From Myxococcales bacterium (GTDB lineage Bacteria; Myxococcota_A; UBA9042; JABWCM01; BTVJ01): 64,000 bases of DNA. Below, one piece after another: positions 48,461 to 58,651 of the stretch (position 1 is its first letter; each line of letters opens with the position of its first letter). A model generated the notes under the pieces. It was given only the letters and a program-made list of their open reading frames with translations, made no database searches and was not told the origin of the DNA. The position numbers were made by a program, and so were the translations under genes. The stretch lies in contig BTVJ01000026.1 of assembly GCA_045863395.1 (NCBI GenBank), forward strand, positions 1 to 64,000, written 5' to 3'.

Positions 48461-50647
48461 TCAGGCGAAGGCGGCGTGGATGGCGTCCAGGGCCGGGGAC
48501 GCTGAGCCCGCGGCCCTCTGCTCCTGCACCCAGGCGCGCATGGCTGGCGCGATGAGGCCGCGGGGGTCCTTTCCATACGGGGCGAGGCGTGCCTCGATCC
48601 ACTCGACGAGGGCTGGCCCCGAGTGGTCCTGTGCCGCCGCGACCAGCTCCGGCACGAAGGCGTCGACCAGGTCCTGCTTGTGGGCGAGGCCGAGCAGCGG
48701 GCTCGTGCGCAGGGCCCAGGCCGGCATGGTGACCCCGAGGAAGGCGTAGGCCTGGGTCGCCACCGCGTCGGCGATGCGCTGCACCTCGGTGGCCGCTCGA
48801 GCTCGGGACGCGTCCAGCGCCTCGTCCGTCGCGCCCAGGCCGAGGGGCGGCTCGGTGACCTCCACGTACAGCTTGATCTTCGGCTCCGTGCCCGACGGGC
48901 GCACGCTGAACCGGGCCCCGCCAACAAGGCGGAACGTCAGGAAGTTGCGCGCCGAGCGGTCCGTGCCGCTCTTGTAGGCGCCGTGGGTGGACTCGTCGAG
49001 GAAGTCGTCCTTGTGCGTGACGCCCAGGCCGGCGAACAGCCCCCCGACCTCCTGCGCTCGGAAGCCGCGCTGGATGCGAGCGATGCTCTCCATGCCCGCG
49101 GTGCCTTCGATGACGATGGAGACCTGCGCCGTCTGGTGGACGCCTGCCTTGCGGTGGGCGTCGTCGAGGGCGTGATACAGGGTGCGACCGCGCGCCTTCT
49201 CTCTTGACGCCAACTCTGCCAGGGTCAGCGCCGCCCCCGCGGCGTCCTTGTCCCGGATGTTCGGGGTGATCAGGACGCCGTGGCTCTCCTCCATGCCGGC
49301 GACGTAGTCGGCGAGGGTCGCTTGGAGGGGGCCGAAGTGGCCGCGCTCCTCCACGTTCGCCATTACGTCCGCGATGTACTTGCAGCCCACCAGGAGGCCA
49401 TCGACGACCCGTGCGCCGTGGTACGTTGCGATGGCTGCGGGGAGCATGCTCGTGACCTCGGTCTTGACGACGAAGGCGCCGGCGGGCATGCGGCCGTCCT
49501 CCGCGAGGCACGTCAGGCGGTGGTCGAAGACCAGGGAGCCCAGCTCGTTGCCCGTGATGAAGCGCCACGTCCCTTGACGATCCGGGGCCATCATGCCCAG
49601 GCGGTCTGCATCGGGGTCCGTCGCCATCACCAGGTCCGCGCCGACGCGCTTCGCCAGGTCGACGGCCATGCCCATGGACTCGGGCACCTCCGGGTTTGCG
49701 ATGCGGAAGGGGACGTGCGTGAACTGGCCGTCGTGGGGGCGCTGCTCGGGGACGTAGTCCACGCGGAAGCCCGCGCGCTCCAGCACCTCGCCCACGTTGG
49801 TGTCGCCTGTGCCGTGGAGGTTGCTCAGGACGATGTGCGCGCCGCGTGCCGCCGGACGCAGGGTCAGGCTCAGGTTCTCCTGGACGTATGCCTCGTGAAT
49901 GACCGCCGCGTCGAGGAGAGTGATCAGGCCCTGCGCGCGCCCCTCGTCCCACGGCATTCGCCCGAAGCCCTCGACCTGCTCCACGAGCTCGCTGAACAGC
50001 TCGTCGTTCGGGGGGACCTCCTGGCCGCCCCGCTCCTCATAGAACTTGCCGCCGTTGTCGTCCGGGTGGTTGTGGCTCGCGCTCACGTTCAGGCCGCCGT
50101 TGGCGCGGAGCGTCCTGATTGCGAAAGAGAGCTCCGGCGTGGACACGAACCAGTCGCCCGCCGGGTCGGGCAGGTGCACCGCGACCCCGTTGGCTGCGTA
50201 GACCTCGGCGGCCATGCGGGCGAAGTCCCGCGACGTGATGCCGTGGAGCGGACTCTGGACCCCGACGTAGCGGCCCTTCATGTCCTTGAAGACGCGGACG
50301 TCGAAGGCGATGACCACGGACAGCGGCGCGCCCTGGCCGAACTTCTTGCGCATCCACGCGACGTGCCCCTGCACGCTGGTCGCCAGCGTCCACGGGTTCA
50401 TGGTGTTGGGGCCGACGCCGACGGGGCCCCGGCGACCACCGGTCCCGAAGGGGATGGTCTGGAAGAAGTTGTAGGCGAGGAGATCCCACGCCCCCCGCTC
50501 TGCGAGGGCGTCGATGGAGGGCCGGTAATCGGCGAACGTCTCCTCCGTGAGCCAGCGTCGAAGGTTGGCGAGGGCGCGCTCCTTCTTGTCGGGGTCGATG
50601 TCGAGGCTGGCGAAGCCGCCCTCGATGCGGCGGTAGGTCTGGTCCAT
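48461..50647 (-). CDS. Phosphoglucomutase/phosphomannomutase family protein
   Basis: FGTGGRRG, SASHN, ATDPDADR, EESHG, RPSGTEPKIKLY. Confidence 0.95.
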   Translation of the reverse strand: MDQTYRRIEGGFASLDIDPDKKERALANLRRWLTEETFADYRPSIDALAERGAWDLLAYNFFQTIPFGTGGRRGPVGVGPNTMNPWTLATSVQGHVAWMRKKFGQGAPLSVVIAFDVRVFKDMKGRYVGVQSPLHGITSRDFARMAAEVYAANGVAVHLPDPAGDWFVSTPELSFAIRTLRANGGLNVSASHNHPDDNGGKFYEERGGQEVPPNDELFSELVEQVEGFGRMPWDEGRAQGLITLLDAAVIHEAYVQENLSLTLRPAARGAHIVLSNLHGTGDTNVGEVLERAGFRVDYVPEQRPHDGQFTHVPFRIANPEVPESMGMAVDLAKRVGADLVMATDPDADRLGMMAPDRQGTWRFITGNELGSLVFDHRLTCLAEDGRMPAGAFVVKTEVTSMLPAAIATYHGARVVDGLLVGCKYIADVMANVEERGHFGPLQATLADYVAGMEESHGVLITPNIRDKDAAGAALTLAELASREKARGRTLYHALDDAHRKAGVHQTAQVSIVIEGTAGMESIARIQRGFRAQEVGGLFAGLGVTHKDDFLDESTHGAYKSGTDRSARNFLTFRLVGGARFSVRPSGTEPKIKLYVEVTEPPLGLGATDEALDASRARAATEVQRIADAVATQAYAFLGVTMPAWALRTSPLLGLAHKQDLVDAFVPELVAAAQDHSGPALVEWIEARLAPYGKDPRGLIAPAMRAWVQEQRAAGSASPALDAIHAAFA

Positions 50648-50757
50648 GTGCGTCTCCAAGGTCAGGGGGCCACGTCCGGGCGAGCATAGCCGCTCGGGCG
50701 CCTGGCTGGAAGTGCAGTCGGGCGTCCTCGGTGCTACCATCCGCACCGGAGGTACGC

Positions 50758-51984
50758 ATGGCTGGTCTGAAGGTGGTGGCCATCGGCGGCGGGACAGGGC
50801 TGCCGGTCATCTTGCGGGGGCTGCGGGAGCTGATCCGGCGGGGCGAGCCGGAGGCGGCGCGCCTGAGCCCGGACGACATCACCGCCATCGTCAGCGTGGC
50901 AGATGACGGCGGCTCCAGCGGGCGGCTCGTCGACACCTTCGAGACCCTCCCGCCGGGGGACCTGCGCAACTGCCTGCTGGCCCTCGCGGATGAAGACGCA
51001 GCGCCCGTGCTGCACAAGTTCTTCGGGTATCGCTTCTCCGAGGGAGAGGACGGCGAGCTGGCGGGCCACTCCGTCGGCAACCTGATCATCACGGCGCTCA
51101 CGCGGCTGAACGGGAACGACTTCCGCCAGGCGATCCTGGACGTGGCGCGCATGTTGAGCCTGCGGGGGCGCATCCTGTTCCCGACCCTCGCCCGGGTCGT
51201 GCTGTGTGCCCGCCTCCTGGACGGGCAGGTGGTGTGCGGCGAGTCGCGCATCGGCCGCCGGAACAGCGCGGCGCGCATCGAGAGCGTGTACCTCGGTGCT
51301 CGGATGGCCGGTGACTTTCGGTGTGTACCACCGCCGTTCCTGCCGCCCGCGTTCCCGGAGGCGGTCGAGGCGGTCCGCGCGGCGGACGTGATCATCCTCG
51401 GGCCGGGGAGCCTGTTCTCCAGCGTCGTGCCGAACCTGCTCGTGCCGGAGCTGGCGCAGGCGGTCGCCGAGCGCGCCGCAGAGCGCCCGCTGTTCTATGT
51501 GTGCAACATCATGACCGAGCCTGGGGAGACGGACGGCTTCAGCGTCGGAGACCACGTGCGGGCCATCCGGCGCCACGCCAACATCCCGATCCCCTGGTGC
51601 ATCGCCAACCGGCAGCGGATCCCGGACGAGCTGGTGCAGCGGTACGCGCGGGCGAGCCTCCTGGCGGGCTACAGGGCGGTACGCCAGTCGCTGGACGACG
51701 TCGCCGTCAGCGCCGAGGCGGGGAGCCTGGAGCCCGGGGCACTCATCGAGCACGCGGAGTCTCAGGGGGTCCGCCTCCAGCGCCTGGCGCAGCTCATGCG
51801 TGAGGCCATGAACCTGCAGATCCAGGTGCTGCCGAGCCCCGAGCGGGACGCCAACCTCAACGGGACGGAGGTCGTCGAGGTGGACGCCGTGCAGGAGGCC
51901 GAGGTCAGCGACCAGGGGCGGCTGAAGCGGGTGATCCGGCATGATGCGCTCGCGGTGTTGCGCGCGGTGCTTGCGCGCGTCTGA
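50758..51984 (+). CDS. yvcK: YvcK/GlmR (UPF0052) family protein
   Basis: VVAIGGGTGL, VADDGGSSG, PPGDLRNC, GHSVGNL, GPGSLFSS, NIMTEPGET, IRHD. Confidence 0.92.
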   Translation: MAGLKVVAIGGGTGLPVILRGLRELIRRGEPEAARLSPDDITAIVSVADDGGSSGRLVDTFETLPPGDLRNCLLALADEDAAPVLHKFFGYRFSEGEDGELAGHSVGNLIITALTRLNGNDFRQAILDVARMLSLRGRILFPTLARVVLCARLLDGQVVCGESRIGRRNSAARIESVYLGARMAGDFRCVPPPFLPPAFPEAVEAVRAADVIILGPGSLFSSVVPNLLVPELAQAVAERAAERPLFYVCNIMTEPGETDGFSVGDHVRAIRRHANIPIPWCIANRQRIPDELVQRYARASLLAGYRAVRQSLDDVAVSAEAGSLEPGALIEHAESQGVRLQRLAQLMREAMNLQIQVLPSPERDANLNGTEVVEVDAVQEAEVSDQGRLKRVIRHDALAVLRAVLARV

Positions 51985-52270
51985 GCGGTGGCTGGCTCAC
52001 GAGGAGTCGCGCGCCCGCAGGAGCAACCCTGCTTCAGGTCGACGCAGCCGTCCGGGCAGCGGTGCGCCCACCGTTGCAGAAACGGAGGAGATCGCGCCCT
52101 CGTCAGGCTCGCGTCGCTCCTCGCGCACAGCTACATCGCCCGTAACGCCAACGTACCTCGGGGTCCGATTGCTGTTGACGGCCTGACGAGGGGCTTGGTA
52201 GCTTTTGCCGCGCACGTGGCGGTCTTGCCGCGTCGCGTCATGGCCGGAGAAGCCAGCCCCGGAGGACATC

Positions 52271-53428
52271 ATGGACGACGTCATTTTCCAGGTCACCCAG
52301 AAGCATCTCAACACCGGGCTCCGCGGCTACCCCGTCGGCACGTGCCGGACGAGCTCCGTGGATCCGTACAAGGGCCTCCACTATGTGGGGTACCCCATCC
52401 GGGAGCTGGCGTTCCTCGACCCGGAGGCCGTCATCTACCTCCTCTTGAACAAGAGCCTGCCCACGGCCGCCCAGGACAAGGAGTTCCGGGCCGAGCTGGC
52501 GGAGCGGTCCGCGAAGTTCCCGAAGGGGGTCTTCGACATTCTCCGCGCGCTGCCGAAGGAGGGCCACCCCATGGAGTGGTTCATGACGGGGCTCATCGGC
52601 CTCGGCATGCTCGGCAAGACCGAGAACTTCCTGGAGGACGGCAAGAACCTCATCGCGTGGGCTCCTCAGGTCGTGGCGGCGGTGTACCGCCTGCGCTCTG
52701 GCTGGGGTGAGCCCATTCCGCCGGACCCGAAGCTCGGCTACGTGGAGAACTTCGTCCACATGCTGGGCGTGCCCGGCGCCGACGAGGCCAAGCTGACGAA
52801 GCTGCTGCGGGTGTTCGACATCCTCCACTTCGACCACGGCGGTGGCAACCTGTCCACCTTCACGGGCAAGGCCATCGCATCGGGCCTCGCCGACCAGTTC
52901 GCGTCGATGGCGGGCGCCATGGCGGGGCTGTACGGGCCGCGCCACGGTCGGGCCAACCAGGACTGCCTGAACTTCGTGCGCGAGGTGGGCAACCCGGACC
53001 CGACGCACATCGAGAGCTACGTTCGCAACCTGCTCGCCAACGGCGGCTTGGTGTTCGGGTTCGGGCACGCAGTGCTGCGCGTCGAGGACCCGCGGGCGGA
53101 CATCCAGTACGAGCTCGGCAAGCAGCTCTGCCCCGACAACCTGGAGTTCAAGACCGCCCTCGCCATGCGCGACGTGATCCCCCGCGTGCTCAAGGAGAAC
53201 GAGAAGATCTCCGACCCGTACCCCAACGTGGACGCGGTCAGCGGCTCGCTGCTCAACGCCCTCGGGCTCACGGACTCCAACTTCTACACGGTGCTGTTCG
53301 GGTGGTCCCGGTGCGTGGGCATCGCCGCCCAGATCATCGACGAGCGGCTCAACCTGCGGGACGGCAAGGGCGTCGCCATCTACCGCTGCAAGTACGTGCC
53401 CGAGAACCAGCCGGAGCGCCACCTGTAG
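52271..53428 (+). CDS. Citrate synthase (short form)
   Basis: DHGGGNLS, GPRHGRAN, GFGHAVLRVEDPR, YPNVD. Confidence 0.93.
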   Translation: MDDVIFQVTQKHLNTGLRGYPVGTCRTSSVDPYKGLHYVGYPIRELAFLDPEAVIYLLLNKSLPTAAQDKEFRAELAERSAKFPKGVFDILRALPKEGHPMEWFMTGLIGLGMLGKTENFLEDGKNLIAWAPQVVAAVYRLRSGWGEPIPPDPKLGYVENFVHMLGVPGADEAKLTKLLRVFDILHFDHGGGNLSTFTGKAIASGLADQFASMAGAMAGLYGPRHGRANQDCLNFVREVGNPDPTHIESYVRNLLANGGLVFGFGHAVLRVEDPRADIQYELGKQLCPDNLEFKTALAMRDVIPRVLKENEKISDPYPNVDAVSGSLLNALGLTDSNFYTVLFGWSRCVGIAAQIIDERLNLRDGKGVAIYRCKYVPENQPERHL

Positions 53429-53429
53429 G

Positions 53430-53790
53430 GTGCGCCGCGCCGTCGTTGCCCTCCTCGTCGCCACCGTGTCCCTCGGCGCCGGCTGCTCAGCCGCGCGCCG
53501 AGGCGCAGATCCCTGGTGGGGCCCAGACAAAGCGCAGCACCTTGCGTTGAGCACGTTCGCGGGAGCCGCGGGTGTCGGAGCGGCGACCGCCGCTTGGGGC
53601 GAGGAGCCGCTCTGGGCGCGAGGTCTGGGCGGCGCGGGCCTTGGGCTTGGCGTCGGCCTGCTCAAGGAGGCCGCCGACGCGGCGGGGCTCGGCACGCCGT
53701 CGATGCGGGACGTGGTCTGGGATCTGGTGGGCGCTGTCACCGGGGCTGCGGTCACCGCCGCGGTGCTGTGGGCGCTGGAGCCCGTGTCAC
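53430..53790 (+). CDS. YfiM/DUF2279-like lipoprotein; frame stays open to 54839
   Basis: GAGC; DPWWGPDKAQH, GLLKE..D, S.RD..WD..G; end coordinate marks the end of recognisable homology, not a stop codon. Confidence 0.65.
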
Positions 53791-54818
53791 TGGGGGGCGG
53801 CGCCGAGGCTCTGGCCCACGATGGGCAGGATGGCCCGCAGCTCGCCCATCATCTGGCTGAACATCTCGGGCGTGAGGGACTGGGCGCCGTCGCTCAGGGC
53901 GCGATCCGGATCGGGGTGGACCTCGACGATCAGGCCGTCGCAGCCGACCGCCGCAGCGGCGCGGGCCATGGCGGGCACGTGCCGCCGGATGCCGATGCCG
54001 TGGCTCGGGTCCACGATGACCGGCAGGTGGCTCAGGTGGCGCAGCACGGCGACCGCGTTGAGGTCGAGGGTGTTGCGGGTCATGGTCTCGAAGGTGCGGA
54101 TGCCGCGCTCGCAGAGCATGATCGCCTGGTTTCCCGCGCTGAAGATGTACTCGGCCGCCATCAGCAGCTCCTTGATGGTGGCGGCCAGGCCGCGCTTGAG
54201 CAGGACTGGCACGCGCCGCTGTCCGATGGCCTCCAGAAGCGAGTAGTTCTGCATGTTTCGCGCGCCGACCTGGAGGACGTCGGTGTACTCGCAGACCATG
54301 TCCAGGGTCTCGGTGTCCTTGACCTCGGTCACGATGCGCAGGCCGGTCTCCGCCCGCGCCTTTGCGAGCAGCTCCAGGCCCTCCTTGCGGAGCCCCTGGA
54401 ACTCGTAGGGGCTCGTGCGAGGCTTGAACGCGCCGCCGCGGAGGAAGGTGGCGCCGGCGGCCTTGACCGCGTGGGCGGCCGCGAGGATCTGGGCCTGGCT
54501 CTCGACGGAGCACGGGCCCGCCATGACGTGGAAGGTGCCGCCGCCGATGATGACGCCGTCGCCGAAGTCGATGCGCGTCGGCTCGGGCTGCATCTCGCGG
54601 CTGACGAGCTTGAAGGGCTGCGACACGGGGACGCACTGGGCGATGCCGTCGAGGGAGGCGAAGACCTCCTCGGGGACCGGGCCCTTGTTGCCGGTGATGC
54701 CGATGGCGGTGCGCTGGCTGCCGGGCATGGGGTGGGCGCGGTAGCCCAGGAGCTCGATGCGCTCGACGACCTGCTGGACCTGCGCCTCGGTGGCGGATGG
54801 CTTCATGACGATGAGCAT
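53787..54818 (-). CDS. aroF: DAHP synthase (type I-beta with N-terminal regulatory domain)
   Basis: MAGPCSVE, RGGAFKPRTSPY, QVGARNMQN, LCERGIRTFE, VDPSHG, EVHPDP..ALSDG. Confidence 0.96.
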   Translation of the reverse strand: MLIVMKPSATEAQVQQVVERIELLGYRAHPMPGSQRTAIGITGNKGPVPEEVFASLDGIAQCVPVSQPFKLVSREMQPEPTRIDFGDGVIIGGGTFHVMAGPCSVESQAQILAAAHAVKAAGATFLRGGAFKPRTSPYEFQGLRKEGLELLAKARAETGLRIVTEVKDTETLDMVCEYTDVLQVGARNMQNYSLLEAIGQRRVPVLLKRGLAATIKELLMAAEYIFSAGNQAIMLCERGIRTFETMTRNTLDLNAVAVLRHLSHLPVIVDPSHGIGIRRHVPAMARAAAAVGCDGLIVEVHPDPDRALSDGAQSLTPEMFSQMMGELRAILPIVGQSLGAAPQ

Positions 54819-54907
54819 GGGCGACTCTGCTCCTGGTGAGGGGCACGCCATTGTAGGCGCGGCCATCCGACCTTTCAATGGCGAGGGGGGCATGGTAGAA
54901 CGCGCGG

Positions 54908-55435
54908 GTGGGACGCCTCCTCCTCGCACTCGGCCTCGTGTGTTGTCAGGAGGCGCCCGATCCGGCGGGGTGTCGCAGCGACGGTACCCTGGGCGCGTGC
55001 TGCGATGTGGCGCCGTGTCTGGCCCCCCTTGTGTGCCGGCCGGTGGGTGACCGCGAAGCCTGCACCGTCGCTTGCGACGCGGAGAGCGGGGCGGGCTGCC
55101 CGGGCGGTAGCGTGTGCGTCGCCCAAGCGGAGGGGGCGGCCTGTGTCCCCGCTGGGGGTGTCGTCGGCCAGGGCTGCTCGTTCACGGACGACTGCCGGCC
55201 GGGTCTGATCTGTGAGAACCGCTTCCCCGGAGGCTACTGCACCGCGCCCTGCGAGAAGGGGACGCCGTGCCCGTCCGGAGTGGGGGACGCTCGCTGCGTG
55301 CGCCTCTCGGGCGACTTCGGGGCCTTCTGCCTGGCGCCGTGCACCACGAGTGCGGACTGTGCGCCCGGCGCGGAGTGCACGGCCGTCGGGGGCTCCGGCG
55401 TCTCCGTGTGCTTTCCGAACTTCGAGGACGGCTGA
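54908..55435 (+). CDS. Cys-rich lipoprotein
   Basis: Short signal ending LVCC; PGGYCTAPC; translationally coupled to the next gene. Confidence 0.7.
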   Translation: MGRLLLALGLVCCQEAPDPAGCRSDGTLGACCDVAPCLAPLVCRPVGDREACTVACDAESGAGCPGGSVCVAQAEGAACVPAGGVVGQGCSFTDDCRPGLICENRFPGGYCTAPCEKGTPCPSGVGDARCVRLSGDFGAFCLAPCTTSADCAPGAECTAVGGSGVSVCFPNFEDG

Positions 55436-56061
55436 TGGACGGACAGAAGGACCAAGGCGCGGCGAGGACCCGCAAGCTGTTCGCGCTGGGCGTGTTCATG
55501 GTGCTCGTCGTGTTTGCGCTGTGGCGCATCCGCGCGTCCCTGGAGGAGCGCGGAGTCGACTCCAAGCTGCGGGCCCTGGCACCCCAGGTCGGCGCGGATC
55601 TGGTGCTCACGGACTTCGAGCCCGCGAAGCATGATCGCGCTCTGGAGCCTGCTCCCTGGGTCGAGGGTGGGCCGGTGCGGCTCTCGGACCACGCGGGGAA
55701 GGTGCTCTTCCTCAACTTCTGGGCCTCCTACTGCGAGCCGTGCAAGCGGGAGCTGCCGTCCATGGCGCGCCTCGCCAAGGAGCTGGCCGGTGACCGCTTC
55801 GTCATGGTGGCGGTGAGCTACGACGAGTCCTGGGACGCGGTGTCGAAGTTCCTCGAGCAGATCGGCGGTGTGCCCCAGAACATCGTGTTCGTGCGGGACC
55901 CCGCGGCGCAGGCGGACCCGCTTGGGACCCACTATGGCACCCAGAAGATCCCGGAGACCTACGTGATCCGGGACGGGCGCATCCTGTTTCGCTTCGTGAA
56001 CGAGCGCAACTGGATCGACATGGCCATGGTCCGCTTCTTCCGCGCCCTGATCGATGGCTGA
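55435..56061 (+). CDS. TlpA/ResA-like thiol-disulfide oxidoreductase
   Basis: N-terminal TM; LNFWASYCEPCKRELP; IPETY. Confidence 0.9.
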   Translation: MDGQKDQGAARTRKLFALGVFMVLVVFALWRIRASLEERGVDSKLRALAPQVGADLVLTDFEPAKHDRALEPAPWVEGGPVRLSDHAGKVLFLNFWASYCEPCKRELPSMARLAKELAGDRFVMVAVSYDESWDAVSKFLEQIGGVPQNIVFVRDPAAQADPLGTHYGTQKIPETYVIRDGRILFRFVNERNWIDMAMVRFFRALIDG

Positions 56062-56959
56062 GTCTCCGCGGTGGCCGGTGCTTCTGGCCGGCGTCGTGTT
56101 TCTGGCGCTTGGCGGCGTCGCCGTCTGGGCGCTGTTCGACCGGCCACTGCCCGCCCCGGACTTCTCGACGACAGGGTGGCGGCCGGCGAGCGATGAGGTC
56201 GCTGCGCAGGCTGCGGCGGACCGGGCGCTGCTCGCCCAGGGCGCCGAGGACCCGGAGCTGGATCGGGCCGTCGAGGAGTGGAACGTGGAGGAGCTGCGCA
56301 CGGGGGGGCGCGGCATCGACGAGGGGATTCGCCGGGCCCAGACGCGCGTCGAGGAGGCGGCCTTGAGGGCGCTGTCCCGGGTGGGGCGGGACGGCTACCG
56401 GGCGCTCGGGCTGGCGCACCGGGAGCGCTTTCTCGCTGCGATGGACGCGTACCTGGCGGCGGTGCGCGCGTCGGGGGAGCCGCTCACCGGCTGGGATGTC
56501 AGACACCCAGATCTCGCAGAGACTGGTGCGATGCGTCGCCTGCTCGGGACCTTCCTGCTCGACGCCCGTCGGACCGGCGTCGTCCGGGAGTCGGGCGAGG
56601 TCACCGAGGACGCGGCGACGGTCGTGCCGCTCCTGTTCATGATGCGGTGGGGGCTCTTCGTGGCGCAGGCCATGCCGGCCGAGGAGCTGCTGAGCACGTT
56701 CGAGCGCAAGACCTTGCTTGCGTGGAAGGCCTGGGCCAACCCGACGCTGAACATCAGCCGGCGCAGGGAGGTGCTCGCCCGCCTCGCCGCCATGGACGCG
56801 CGCGCGCCGGTCCACCGCGTCCTTGCGCTGCACTACATCCGGGCGCAGGACTGGCCGTCCGCGGCGCGGGAGACGGTGCTCGCCATCCTGGACGCCCCCG
56901 AGGACCGGACCTTGGCGGCCAACCTGGCGTGGCTCAATGAGCGACTGGAGGGGCGCTGA
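56054..56959 (+). CDS. Membrane-anchored hypothetical protein
   Basis: N-terminal TM, helical, TPR-like C-terminus; overlaps the tlpA-like gene stop. Confidence 0.65.
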   Translation: MAESPRWPVLLAGVVFLALGGVAVWALFDRPLPAPDFSTTGWRPASDEVAAQAAADRALLAQGAEDPELDRAVEEWNVEELRTGGRGIDEGIRRAQTRVEEAALRALSRVGRDGYRALGLAHRERFLAAMDAYLAAVRASGEPLTGWDVRHPDLAETGAMRRLLGTFLLDARRTGVVRESGEVTEDAATVVPLLFMMRWGLFVAQAMPAEELLSTFERKTLLAWKAWANPTLNISRRREVLARLAAMDARAPVHRVLALHYIRAQDWPSAARETVLAILDAPEDRTLAANLAWLNERLEGR

Positions 56960-57034
56960 CCTCGTGAGGCGGGGGGCATGCGGGTGCGAGGGCTGAGCGG
57001 CGGGCGAGCGGCGGGCGTACCGGGCCTGCGAGAT

Positions 57035-57080
57035 GAGATGAGAGCTGAGTATACCTGACCCCTAGAACGACCCCTAGAAC
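57035..57080 (+). repeat. 27-bp motif (copy of 5353-5379) followed by a 12-bp tandem duplication
   Basis: GAGATGAGAGCTGAGTATACCTGACCC; GACCCCTAGAAC twice at 57057-57080. Confidence 0.7.
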
Positions 57081-58651
57081 TTCACGCTCGCGAGCAGGCT
57101 CACTCCGAGACGGCTCGGATCCACGAACACGCGGGTGCCGATGCCGTTCTCGTCCTTGCGGATCTGGGCGCGGTCCGGGTCGTAGGTGTAGTCGACCTGG
57201 ACCAGCGCCGCGAAGGTGCTCTCGTAGGTCCAGCGCAGGCCGCCGAGCGCGCTGATGATCGGCAGCGCGTCCTCTCCCTCCGGCAGGATGTCCCAGTCGC
57301 CGGGCTCCGTGCCGCGCACCACGACCTTCTGGATGCCCTGGCTTACCTTGGAGTTGTTCTGGCCGGCGGGCATGACGCCCCGGTAGGTGGCGGGGAGCTG
57401 GACCCCGATGCCCACGTAGGGGGTCAGGCCCAGCTCCGTGAACAGGTGGTCGACGGCGATGGTGCCCGAGACCTCGGGGGTGACCTCCGCAGCCTCCGGG
57501 AGCGCCGAGTAGGGGAAGTAGCCGGGCACGTTCGCCGTGATCCAGGTCATGTCGCGGAAGCCGCCGTCCAGGTGGATGCGGGTCTCCTTGACCTTGACGC
57601 CCACCGACGCGAAGCTCGCCATGGCCAGCTCGGTCTTGGTCGAGCCGGTGAAGTCGAAGTCGGCGAGGGTCTGGGTCTGGAAGCCGAACTCCGCGGCGAT
57701 GCGGTAGCTGACGTCGCCATCGTAGGGCTCCGACTCCGTCAGGTCGAAGCGGACGGGGTCCTCGCGGAACAGGTTGAGGTCGAGCCGCCGCCCCACGGGC
57801 GCCCCTCGCGAGAAGGACAACATGGCGCTGGCCCCACCGGCGACAATCGGCTTGCCGAGGACCTCCGCCTTGTTGTTGGTGCCCTTCTCGAAGACCCCGC
57901 CGTTGGCCTCGAGCCACAGGCCGTCCACGCCCAGCTCCACGCCCGCCCCGAAGAGGCCGCCGTAGAAGGTGCGCTCGACGAAGAGGGTCTCGTTGCCCTC
58001 CGAGTTGGCGAGCTTCACCTCGACCGCGCTCTTGATCAGCGCGGTCTTGAGGCCCGCGAAGGCGTAGAAGCCGCCGATGTCCACGCCCACCCGCGCCGCC
58101 GGCGCCGACGTGGTGCGGAAGTTGCGGGGGAACACGTCCGTGCCGCCCCAGGACAGCTCGTAGTGGAAGCCCATGCGCAGGCGGTCCGCGTCGACGGGGA
58201 ACAGCTCGATGAAGGCGCTGTCGCCGATGCCTCGCTTGACCTTCTGGCCCGAGAGCAGCTCGCCCGTGGACCCCTGGTGCCGGTCCGGGTCGCGGTTCCA
58301 GAGGAAGTTGAGGCGCATGTATGACGCGTCGTCTCGGATCGTGCCCTTGGCGATGTCGATCTTCAGGTTGATCGCGGCCTCCGGAAGGAAGGCCTCCGTC
58401 AGGTCCAGGGCTTTGTAGAGGCCGATGTGCATGAAGGTGTCGTAGCGGTCCGGCAGCAGACGGTCGATGCTCGGGTCCGGCGTGCCACCGATGTAGATGT
58501 CCGGGCTCGACTTGCGGTCCTCGCCGGCTCCCCGCAGCACGTTGTCGTCGGAGAACGGGAAGCTGATCTTCGCGTCCAGGTACTCGCCCGCCATCGCGGG
58601 GGTGGCCATCGCGCCGAGGAGCAGGGCCAGGGTCGTCACGCTACGCTTCAT
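57074..58651 (-). CDS. Putative outer-membrane beta-barrel protein
   Basis: Sec signal ending AMA; amphipathic beta strands; C-terminal ...LLASVKF. Confidence 0.7.
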   Translation of the reverse strand: MKRSVTTLALLLGAMATPAMAGEYLDAKISFPFSDDNVLRGAGEDRKSSPDIYIGGTPDPSIDRLLPDRYDTFMHIGLYKALDLTEAFLPEAAINLKIDIAKGTIRDDASYMRLNFLWNRDPDRHQGSTGELLSGQKVKRGIGDSAFIELFPVDADRLRMGFHYELSWGGTDVFPRNFRTTSAPAARVGVDIGGFYAFAGLKTALIKSAVEVKLANSEGNETLFVERTFYGGLFGAGVELGVDGLWLEANGGVFEKGTNNKAEVLGKPIVAGGASAMLSFSRGAPVGRRLDLNLFREDPVRFDLTESEPYDGDVSYRIAAEFGFQTQTLADFDFTGSTKTELAMASFASVGVKVKETRIHLDGGFRDMTWITANVPGYFPYSALPEAAEVTPEVSGTIAVDHLFTELGLTPYVGIGVQLPATYRGVMPAGQNNSKVSQGIQKVVVRGTEPGDWDILPEGEDALPIISALGGLRWTYESTFAALVQVDYTYDPDRAQIRKDENGIGTRVFVDPSRLGVSLLASVKF

